DNA of 60,911 nucleotides, counting the filler. It is 7 parts of 7 records of this genome, joined end to end, with 100 filler letters (N's around TTAATTAATTAA, not from the genome) between each part and the next. Parts side by side here need not be neighbours in the genome. Positions count along the whole stretch, not along the records: positions 1 to 7,527 come from SRR31147125_22581; positions 7,628 to 17,285 come from SRR31147125_22586; 5 more parts are not named here. The stretch is one strand, 5' to 3'. Shown piece after piece: positions 1-7,645 of this stretch. The stretch's first letter is position 1. Each line of letters opens with the position of its first letter. The position numbers and the translations under genes were made by a program. The notes beneath the pieces were generated by a model. The model was not told the DNA's origin. It did not search any database and saw only the letters and a program-made list of their open reading frames with translations.

Positions 1-32
1 TATATTGAAACGATCTCTATGAATCAAACACA

Positions 33-926
33 TTATTGTTTAGCCTCTTTGGCTTTAAGCTCCATTAATATAAATGCTTCTTTGCCTGAAAGGCTTAAAG
101 ATGACCAGCCATACTTTCCGCCTGATTGATGTATATTAAATGGCAAACCAAAAGTATCAATTTCAGACAGATATTTTTTTGTAAATACACTTTCATACTC
201 TTGATACAAATCGGCACGCGAAACAGGCTTCTTTAAATCATCTTTGAGGCTTTCATACACAATATTGTTTTGTACTTGGGTTAAAGAGTATAAATGCGGG
301 TACATTTGTAAAGCACTTAGAAAACCGTCGATTTCATATTTCCTTAAACCTTTTTCTAGCAGCTCCCAATCCTTCGACGATAACTTCTGGTCATCAAGCT
401 GTTCTTTCTTATAGCCAAGGTCATTTAGAACATGACCTGCTTCTCGTATCCTCAAATAGTAATCAAAAAATGCCAAATCGAAGCTTTCAATGGAATCTAA
501 GATATTCTTAAGAGCGCTATATTCATTCTTGCTGAGTCGTTTCTCTGAGTGCAATTTATTAATGCTCTTTTGAGAATCTTTTATAGACCTATCAAAGGTA
601 CTCACATCCTTCATGTACTCTGAAGTTAGGTAGTGAACCAACCGCATTTGCTGAACTAGTTTTTTAGAAGTTAATTGAAATTCAGCTCTTGCTTCTTCAA
701 GTTTCTTTCTCTCACTCTCTACTTTTTCATCGACTCGTTTGTCTATATATGCGCTGACACCAAACAAACCCGCTAGCGCAGATACGGTTAAGAATGCTCC
801 TACATATGACCAAAGCTTTGATTTGAATTTTGCCCACATCCTATATTCAAGCAATTCCCATGTTTCCTCAGTAAGGATAGGAACTTGAGCTATAGGTTCT
901 TCGGTTTTTTTGTATTCTTCATTCAT
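33..926 (-). CDS. Integron cassette hypothetical protein (one N-terminal TM helix, then coiled coil)
   Basis: 297-aa ORF starting just after the GTTATGC core at 946-940; hydrophobic segment YVGAFLTVSALAGLFGVSAYI followed by a charged helical region; family not recognised. Confidence 0.75.
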   Translation of the reverse strand: MNEEYKKTEEPIAQVPILTEETWELLEYRMWAKFKSKLWSYVGAFLTVSALAGLFGVSAYIDKRVDEKVESERKKLEEARAEFQLTSKKLVQQMRLVHYLTSEYMKDVSTFDRSIKDSQKSINKLHSEKRLSKNEYSALKNILDSIESFDLAFFDYYLRIREAGHVLNDLGYKKEQLDDQKLSSKDWELLEKGLRKYEIDGFLSALQMYPHLYSLTQVQNNIVYESLKDDLKKPVSRADLYQEYESVFTKKYLSEIDTFGLPFNIHQSGGKYGWSSLSLSGKEAFILMELKAKEAKQ

Positions 927-939
927 AATTTGATTTTTT

Positions 940-1029
940 GCATAACGTTGAGCTGAGTGGCGCGCCTAGAAAATTGCCGCGTTTAGCGCCGCCGAACCTC
1001 TTCGCGTCCAATCAAGCGTTTTGATATGC
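940..1029 (-). mobile_element. attC site (downstream of KAP NTPase)
   Basis: Minus strand GCATATC...CTTGATTGGACGCG...CGCGCCACTCAG...GTTATGC; imperfect palindrome starting 4 nt after the stop codon. Confidence 0.85.
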
Positions 1030-1033
1030 CTTT

Positions 1034-3148
1034 TTATTCTTCTGGAGCTTCTTTACTCCCTTCGGATACCGATTTGAGATACTTGCTCATATGGGATCCA
1101 AATAAGGGTTTTTCATCAAGTGAATCAATCTTTTCTATCATTTCATCTATGTTGCTGATTAGCTTTTCAATTCCCGAAAAACCTTTCCCTTCATGAAAGC
1201 AACAAACAAATGCCTCGATGCCTTCTTCACTCTCAGTCAACTTTTCTATGTATTCTTGTACTTCTGCATATTTGTTTTCATTAAGTTGACCCCAACGAAA
1301 GAAAATACTAATTGGCTCGGGTTCGCTCGAAATGATATCTCTTGTGATGGAAACTTTTCTTAAAGTTGTTAACCACAGTTCCTTTGCCGCAATCAAATCA
1401 ACTGGGTTTATTGGAAAATTTTTCAACTCATGATCTTCATATTCTTGGAGACCCTTATAAATACCAGAATCCCAAATTCCACATTTAGATAGCAACCGAA
1501 CAAGAATATGCTCTGAAAGAGATAATGATTTTTCATTTGAAGACAATTCGTTGACTAAGGCTTTCCTATCTTCGTAGCCTTCTATGTCTTTAAGTATAGC
1601 GAGAATAAAATAAGCGATATCATCTGTTAGGTTCTTCCTATTCTCTTTATATGCAGTTTCAGATATGTCTAGTAATTCAAAAACAATTGACGATGGGTTG
1701 ATAATTTTAGATTTGGAAGTAAACCCTGAAGCATACTGAAGCCAACCAGGAAGCACACCTGCCTCAAAAGCATCAATTATTATCTCTCGCCTATCACTTT
1801 CAGATGACAAAAAATGTTTAATTTCATTACTTGAATATATGTATTTGGTTGGGCCACTATGCAGCAATTTAAGCAAAGATTCTTTTGTCGAAATTCTATT
1901 ATTGAATACTGCCTCTTCGTGAGAAGATGAAGACCATTCACCAAAAATAGAAGGGAAAATAAAACATAGAATTGATCTAATGTTTTTCACTTCAACTTGC
2001 TTATGTTTCGATAACAATTCTTTTATGAAAGGAGGCTCTTCTTTTTGATCATCTCTATCAGTAATGTCATCAAGCTGATCTTGGAAAATATAGTCACCTT
2101 CAATTACCGATGTTTTAAGGAATATCTCTGGATGGTTACGAATAGATTCTGATATGGGTGGATATTTTAATTCTAATGTCTCAAATGCTAATGTGTCAGC
2201 AAAATTTACTTCTTTTCGTGTGTTGTTTCCTGTTACTCTAAGTCGATTAACGAGCCGTATTACATCTCTCGGCGTAGACAAAGACCTTACAATTGCAGTT
2301 GTATCTAGCGCCTCACTTAAAATTTCTTTGTCCACAGATGACAACTCCATATTGATGTTTGTCAATAGTGATTTTATATGAAAATTTAGGAATGATTTTA
2401 AATGCCAATAGCCAATTCTTGGTAATGGGTATGATGCTTGGATTATTTTTTCTAAGTATCTACGACCATCATAAATATCATTATATGATAATGATTTTAT
2501 TACCGGTTCTGGTTCATAGGCCAACAAATACGAGACACGATCAAAATCACCGATAGCTTTGACGGCTTGAATAATTATACGAATTTCATCTGGGGGTAAG
2601 CGGTCAATATCATCAATAATGACAATTATTGGTTTCCCTAACTCGGTAATTGCTTTTTGCACTGCTTCTTTGCGGCCAGGCAGGTCAAGTTCGGCCATAC
2701 TAACAGCAGATTTAGTACTCTCGCTTACTGCAGTAATTGTTTTTTGGACTAACGTCCCCCAAGGTTCAACACCAGGTATAAGTTTGATTGGGGTTAAGAA
2801 TTGAGCAAAACTGAGAAGTTTTCCTGCCGCTTTACTTGCTATGTCGGTATTAAATGTTTGATTTATAGAGGAGGCGAGCTGAACTAAGAAACCCTCAACA
2901 ACACTCTCAAGTGAGCCAATGAGCCAAGGATTAAAATCTATGATAGCCGCATCAGTATTAATTTCTTTGATTTTTTCTTTAATTAAATTAATGGCTGAAG
3001 TCTTTCCCTCACCCCATTTACCTTCAACGGCGAGTATCAAGCTTGGCGATTTTTCGCTTAAAATTAAATACTCAGCAATTTGGCAGGCATAATTATTCCT
3101 TTCAAAAACATCTTCATCATTTTTCTTTATTGGGATTTCGCTGATCAT
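1034..3148 (-). CDS. KAP family P-loop NTPase
   Basis: Walker A GKWGEGKT, FNPW motif, Walker B IIDDIDR, YLEKIIQ and TPRDVIR motifs. Start reassigned to ATG 3148 (MISEIPI) because the longer ORF runs into the attC. Confidence 0.9.
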   Translation of the reverse strand: MISEIPIKKNDEDVFERNNYACQIAEYLILSEKSPSLILAVEGKWGEGKTSAINLIKEKIKEINTDAAIIDFNPWLIGSLESVVEGFLVQLASSINQTFNTDIASKAAGKLLSFAQFLTPIKLIPGVEPWGTLVQKTITAVSESTKSAVSMAELDLPGRKEAVQKAITELGKPIIVIIDDIDRLPPDEIRIIIQAVKAIGDFDRVSYLLAYEPEPVIKSLSYNDIYDGRRYLEKIIQASYPLPRIGYWHLKSFLNFHIKSLLTNINMELSSVDKEILSEALDTTAIVRSLSTPRDVIRLVNRLRVTGNNTRKEVNFADTLAFETLELKYPPISESIRNHPEIFLKTSVIEGDYIFQDQLDDITDRDDQKEEPPFIKELLSKHKQVEVKNIRSILCFIFPSIFGEWSSSSHEEAVFNNRISTKESLLKLLHSGPTKYIYSSNEIKHFLSSESDRREIIIDAFEAGVLPGWLQYASGFTSKSKIINPSSIVFELLDISETAYKENRKNLTDDIAYFILAILKDIEGYEDRKALVNELSSNEKSLSLSEHILVRLLSKCGIWDSGIYKGLQEYEDHELKNFPINPVDLIAAKELWLTTLRKVSITRDIISSEPEPISIFFRWGQLNENKYAEVQEYIEKLTESEEGIEAFVCCFHEGKGFSGIEKLISNIDEMIEKIDSLDEKPLFGSHMSKYLKSVSEGSKEAPEE

Positions 3149-3165
3149 ATTTGTTTTTGGTTTGT

Positions 3166-3228
3166 GCATATCGTTGAGTTGAGGGGCGCGCGGTTTTTTG
3201 CGCGTCCCTCTCAAACGATTGGTTATGT
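3166..3228 (-). mobile_element. attC site
   Basis: + strand GCATATC-GTTGAG-TTGAGGGGCGCGC-GGTTTTTT-GCGCGTCCCTCTCAA-ACGATTG-GTTATGT. Confidence 0.88.
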
Positions 3229-3735
3229 AAATTTCATTGTTTTACATTCAAAGTTCCATTGAGATCCTTGTGAATCAGACTTGAAATCAGCGTTCTACCA
3301 CCTTAAAATTACCGACTGGCGTACTTTCGTAGTGTAGTCTCTTGCTCTGTACGCACAAACCTCGGATTTCCATTCCCACCTGGCAGTCCAACCGAAAATG
3401 ATAGGCCGATAATGAGCGATGATTTGATATGTCTCTTTGGTATCTATAGCTTTTAGATCAATCTCAACATTGATATTGTCACCCGGGAATATTTTTTATC
3501 AGTGACTATTTTTTGTTCACTTATGCATCCCGATTGACCGAAACCGATTTGCATACGTTTTGGCTCTATTTTCAATTTTATTAGTTGGACGGTTCATTTG
3601 CTCTGGTTATGTATTTTAAGGGTATGTTTCTTTTTGTTCCCTTCCCTGTCGAAATGGACATAGACATATAAGCCTTTACCGAGCAGTGATAAAAGGAATC
3701 CAACTATCGGTATTGGAAACGTCATATCGGGCATT

Positions 3736-4292
3736 TTATTTTCTCCGAGACTTTTTCATTAGTTCTCGTGCCTTTTTCTGCCGCTCAACTAAGTTTTTAT
3801 ACGTTTTTCCCTTCCGGACATCTGCTATATTTTTGAAACCATATTTGTCATAATATTCTTTTATCGATCTGATATACAATTTGCAGTATTCAATTTCCTG
3901 TTTGTAGTTTTTCCCTTTCTTGAAAGAATTGCCACTCGCCGGAAGTAATACATATCCGGTTCCTTCTCTGCTTTTTCCATCTTTACTAATTCTGCTTGGC
4001 AACATCTTTTCATCATATCAATGTCATCTTTATGGGTCTTAGCGAACTCATGTGTTGTTTTCCCATCTACAAGGTTTTCCCTATTACATAGCTCACTGAT
4101 AACATCTTCGCTGCTAATGGGTCGCCCACTACTTTCTTCTAATTGTTCGGCTTTTTTCTTAAACCTTTTCTCTGCTTCAAGTGAAGCCTCTTTTTCACCC
4201 ATCTCCATTCGATATTTCCTTTGGATTTCAGCGATAACTTCATCTTCCGACGATTTAGGTTTTGGTTTAAACAACCAATCAAAAATCCCCAT
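3736..4292 (-). CDS. Cassette hypothetical protein, split by a 1-nt homopolymer indel near 3910 (about 185 aa joined)
   Basis: ORFs 3861-4292 and 3736-4005 join as ...RRVAILSRK|GKNYKQEIEYC... at GGGAAAAAC; GAGG RBS before ATG 4292. Confidence 0.65.
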
Positions 4293-4435
4293 GAAACGTC
4301 CTCAGGTTGAAAAAAGGTGGGTATGATACATTTGCAATCAATGTGCAACACACTTAATTATGAGCAGAATCTCCAGCAAAACAGGGAAACACTTTACGGA
4401 TCGAAAGGTAGCAAATCTTTGTTTTCCGTCTTTCT

Positions 4436-4500
4436 GCATAACGTACTGCTCACAGGTTGCCGGGTTGTTTCGGCAATCCTTGTGCAGCCGTTTGTTGGGA
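4436..4500 (-). mobile_element. attC site (downstream of caspase gene)
   Basis: + strand GCATAAC-GTACT-GCTCACAGGTTGCCG...CGGCAATCCTTGTGCAGC-CGTTT-GTTGGGA; 3 nt from the stop codon. Confidence 0.9.
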
Positions 4501-4503
4501 GCT

Positions 4504-5463
4504 TCATATTCTGTTGGTCGATGCGAGTCTCCAGTAGTAACGACCTGATGGTGTCAGTCTGCATGCTTTAGAGTTCATGGCGGCGTCATACATATGAGGA
4601 GCACCACTGGGAACAACAAGATGCACACGGCTAAGTTGTTGCAGTTCTTTGAATACACTGACGCTCGACGCATTGGCCACGGATGAGGTATACTCATATG
4701 TGGGATCAAGAGGTCTATCTTCCGCTGGGAGAGGAAACAATATTGGCAGCTTACGTAAGAGTGCCCGATCAATAGTTGGCTGACAGTGGCGAAGGGGAAC
4801 AAGTTGCGCAACATGCGACTTAAACAAGGGACGCTGATCCCACACTCCGAGTGCCGCTTCTACATAGGCATATATACTTGGCGCAGTTACAGCGCCAAGC
4901 ACGTCAGCAGCCCCACCAGACAATGCGTCCACCACAAGAGACGTAAATAATCCTCCACCGCCGTCTTCAACAGATGGTTGATCAGAGCGACTTGCTGTCA
5001 AAATCGAAACGCCTTCCCGAAGCAGTGCTTTAGAGTTATCTATTGCGGGAACAGCCCCAAGTTGCCCGGAAAAACAACAATCCAAAAGAATGATGACCTC
5101 ACGAGCATTGGAGTCGTTCGCCCATTTCAAGACATCTCCCATTGCCACACCCTCGTCATAATGCGTTGCATCTTGGGTGACGAGGTAACCATCAAGATTG
5201 TTCACAGTCCCGTGACCAGAGAAGTGAAATAACGCAATATCAGCCCTGATCTGGAAGAACTCATCAATTGCTTTTCGCAATGACGCCCTTGTGACTTTCG
5301 TCAATGCGCTACCAGCTGGTGCTGTCAACCGACGACATTGGAAATTGGGAGAACCGTCATGGTGTCTTGTCAGAATGTCGGATATTCGGATAGCATCCTT
5401 GGCGCAACCCTCTAAACTTCCGACAGAGTATTCATCAATACCTATGCAAAGTGCACCTCTCAT
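4504..5463 (-). CDS. Caspase-like (peptidase C14) protease with C-terminal extension; likely effector of a type IV Thoeris-like system
   Basis: ALCIGIDEY, catalytic His in HFSGHG, catalytic Cys in LLDCCFSG, ILTAS and GLFT motifs; GGAG RBS; 24 nt downstream of the TIR gene. Confidence 0.9.
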   Translation of the reverse strand: MRGALCIGIDEYSVGSLEGCAKDAIRISDILTRHHDGSPNFQCRRLTAPAGSALTKVTRASLRKAIDEFFQIRADIALFHFSGHGTVNNLDGYLVTQDATHYDEGVAMGDVLKWANDSNAREVIILLDCCFSGQLGAVPAIDNSKALLREGVSILTASRSDQPSVEDGGGGLFTSLVVDALSGGAADVLGAVTAPSIYAYVEAALGVWDQRPLFKSHVAQLVPLRHCQPTIDRALLRKLPILFPLPAEDRPLDPTYEYTSSVANASSVSVFKELQQLSRVHLVVPSGAPHMYDAAMNSKACRLTPSGRYYWRLASTNRI

Positions 5464-5487
5464 ATCGCTATCTCCTTTGCATTGGCA

Positions 5488-5877
5488 TTATCGTGTGCCG
5501 CTCACGAGCGCTTTCAAATTATCCCAGGTCCATTTGTAGATCTTGTCTGATCCCAGCGCGTTTGAAGGCTTAGTACAATTTTTGTCACTGCGCCCCCAAA
5601 GAAGAAAATAGGGCACGTGCTCTTCCTTTGCGATACTTAGTTCAGCACTCACTCCCGTGGCATTTTTTGTATATTCCCCGCAGATGACGATTACCACATC
5701 ACAACCCTTGATTCGTCTACGCGCGTGTTCTCGCCAATTCGAGGCGACAGCCTCCTTGATCGACATATCTACAATCTCGAATTCTGTGTCAGGATGCTTC
5801 GACTGCCCGATGAGAAGAGTTTTCAAATCTGCATCGTGGTCGAAGTCGAAACTTATAAATGCTCGTTTTTTTGCCAT
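5488..5877 (-). CDS. thsB: TIR-domain protein, ThsB/MTH538 (DUF1863)-like
   Basis: RAFISFDFDHD, VVIVICGEYT, candidate catalytic Glu in GVSAELSIAKE, C-terminal YKWTWDNL. Confidence 0.85.
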   Translation of the reverse strand: MAKKRAFISFDFDHDADLKTLLIGQSKHPDTEFEIVDMSIKEAVASNWREHARRRIKGCDVVIVICGEYTKNATGVSAELSIAKEEHVPYFLLWGRSDKNCTKPSNALGSDKIYKWTWDNLKALVSGTR

Positions 5878-5991
5878 ATTGTTATTCCTTTTTTCTAGCT
5901 CTACGAGTGTACTTATATTAGGGCTTCAAACAATTTTAGCTGGTTCCCATTTCTTAACTACAAAAGTTTTTCCATCATATGGTTCTTATGC

Positions 5992-6069
5992 TCCCAACGT
6001 TTAGCGTGACCCTCAATTCAAACCGCGTCCGCGCGGATTGAATTGTAGGTGTCGACGCTCTTGTTGGCA
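5992..6069 (-). mobile_element. attC site
   Basis: + strand TCCCAAC-GTTTA-GCGTGACCCTCAATTCAAACCGCG-TCCG-CGCGGATTGAATTGTAGGTGTCGACGC-TCTT-GTTGGCA. Confidence 0.9.
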
Positions 6070-6081
6070 GATTCTTCGCAT

Positions 6082-7194
6082 TTACGGTCTCGTGTCCTGC
6101 GACGGCTCCGTTGCACGAAGATGGTTCATTCGCGGTTCTCCATTGCTGAGATGCACAAGTCTATAGGGCACGACCTTGCTCCGCGGCACGACAAGAACAT
6201 TCGCATGGCTTGTAAACCAGTTCTTAAGATCAGTAGATACCACGTAAAGTGCGTTATCCGTCTCTTCGAGAACATAGACCTCTTCGGGCCACTGTGCGGG
6301 TGTTCCCGACGGGATGCTGAGGACCGCCTTGGAGGTTGGCAGCTTGCCTCCGCGACTTACGGGGATGTTGTTATATATAACGTAACTGTAGGCAGTAACG
6401 CAGAAGTAGTATCCTGCGAGCAGTAGCGGTATTCCCACAGTCCATACGGCTGCGCGACGGTTCCGGTCATCGAAGATTCCCGTCAGATAGCGCACCAGAT
6501 ATACGGCACCAAGAAGGAAGAGAACCGCTACTATGAAGTAGATACCGATAAGAAGAAACCCACCCATCCAAGGAATTGCGGCGAGAAGGAGGTAGTCGAA
6601 CATCAGTGTCACTAGGAGCGCGAGAATTCGAAGGGACTGAACCACTATGTTGATTCGCTTCGACGTTAGGGTGTTATCGAGCTCTGCCGATAGTCTGGGA
6701 AGGCCGAGGAAGGAAGGCTTCGAGAAATCAGCCATCCGGACTATCGGAAGTGCGGATAGGATCAAGAGCATTGCTACAATGTATACAGGAAAAACCACCT
6801 TGATAGGGAGAGTTGCGCCGAGAATGTGCCCCGCGGCCTCCCACTCGAATTCCGTAACGAACACGGCCCAGAACAGGAAGACTAGAAGGAAGTTGGTGGT
6901 CACGAGCACCGGGATTGCGACAGTCGGCGTTACTCGCTGATTGTGCTTATGGCGACCGTGGAGTGCCATGTTGAAAATGAGCAGTGGAATGCCAGCTACT
7001 AGACCTGTCAACATGAGGAAGACCAGGCCAGTCTCTATATACTGAGCCTTCAGCAACAGGAGAGGTGCTATGCCCCGACTCCTGACGTACAGAGCACTCA
7101 CCAGATAGCCTGACACATAGATCAGACCGAAGAAGAACGAGCCTGCCTCGGCAAGCGAAACACCATCGGCGAGTTCTTTGACCTTCAGCTTCAT
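6082..7194 (-). CDS. Cassette-encoded polytopic membrane protein of unknown function
   Basis: 370 aa with about 7 hydrophobic segments and a short soluble C-terminal domain; AGGAG RBS; GC-richer than neighbours; bounded by attC sites. Confidence 0.8.
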   Translation of the reverse strand: MKLKVKELADGVSLAEAGSFFFGLIYVSGYLVSALYVRSRGIAPLLLLKAQYIETGLVFLMLTGLVAGIPLLIFNMALHGRHKHNQRVTPTVAIPVLVTTNFLLVFLFWAVFVTEFEWEAAGHILGATLPIKVVFPVYIVAMLLILSALPIVRMADFSKPSFLGLPRLSAELDNTLTSKRINIVVQSLRILALLVTLMFDYLLLAAIPWMGGFLLIGIYFIVAVLFLLGAVYLVRYLTGIFDDRNRRAAVWTVGIPLLLAGYYFCVTAYSYVIYNNIPVSRGGKLPTSKAVLSIPSGTPAQWPEEVYVLEETDNALYVVSTDLKNWFTSHANVLVVPRSKVVPYRLVHLSNGEPRMNHLRATEPSQDTRP

Positions 7195-7214
7195 ATCTGT
7201 CTCCTTCCTTTCTA

Positions 7215-7278
7215 TGCCAACGGTGAGTTCTGCGGAAGCCGCGTTTTTTGTGGCTTCCGTAGAAACGTTTTGTTATAA
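7215..7278 (-). mobile_element. attC site
   Basis: + strand TGCCAAC-GGTGAG-TTCTGCGGAAGCCGC-GTTTTTT-GTGGCTTCCGTAGAA-ACGTTTT-GTTATAA, abutting the TAA stop at 7279-7281. Confidence 0.88.
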
Positions 7279-7497
7279 TTATTTATTCTCTTTCTTTTCT
7301 AAATGTTCAAATATTCTTACAACTTCGTCTCTAATAGGAGCAAAGAAATATTTTTTCCCCATTAAGACTAAACATTCTTCATTTGGATCAAGTAATTTAA
7401 AAACTCTATTTATTGGGTTATCTGCTTCAAAGTGACTACCAATATGTGACATTGGAAAAAACATACCAGAGACTTTTTCAATTAAATAAATATCCAA
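7279..7497 (-). CDS. Cassette hypothetical protein, probably 5'-truncated by contig end
   Basis: AT-rich ORF whose stop abuts the attC; lies at the contig edge. Confidence 0.55.
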   Translation of the reverse strand: MDIYLIEKVSGMFFPMSHIGSHFEADNPINRVFKLLDPNEECLVLMGKKYFFAPIRDEVVRIFEHLEKKENK

Positions 7498-7527
7498 TCA
7501 GTGCTGTCTCATAAATAGCTGAATAAT

Positions 7528-7627
7528 NNNNNNNNNNNNNNNNNNNNNNNNNNNNNNNNNNNNNNNNNNNNTTAATTAATTAANNNNNNNNNNNNNNNNN
7601 NNNNNNNNNNNNNNNNNNNNNNNNNNN
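7528..7627. other. Artificial contig spacer
   Basis: N-run / TTAATTAATTAA (stops in all six frames) / N-run. Confidence 0.99.
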
Positions 7628-7645
7628 CAAAATTGGAGAGACAAC

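Larger units (their letters stand above)
940..7278 (-). mobile_element. Integron gene cassette array (no integrase visible; CALIN or fragment of a larger integron)
   Basis: Five attC-like palindromes separate co-oriented ORFs of visibly different base composition; cassette start and end cores are complementary. Confidence 0.88.

Noticed and set aside
3149-3214. N-terminal MRGTRKKPRAPQLND extension of the KAP NTPase
   Set aside because: It is read-through of the attC hairpin; ATG 3148 fits the KAP N-terminus better
3551-3612. Sixth attC site
   Set aside because: Core-like ends but no convincing internal stem; not listed as a feature
940-7278. Intergenic palindromes as CRISPR repeats or simple terminators
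   Set aside because: Not identical, separated by whole genes, lack U-tails, and carry RYYYAAC/GTTRRRY-type cores typical of attC
7572-7583. TTAATTAATTAA repeated six times in the window as a biological repeat
   Set aside because: Always centred in N-runs; artificial six-frame-stop linker
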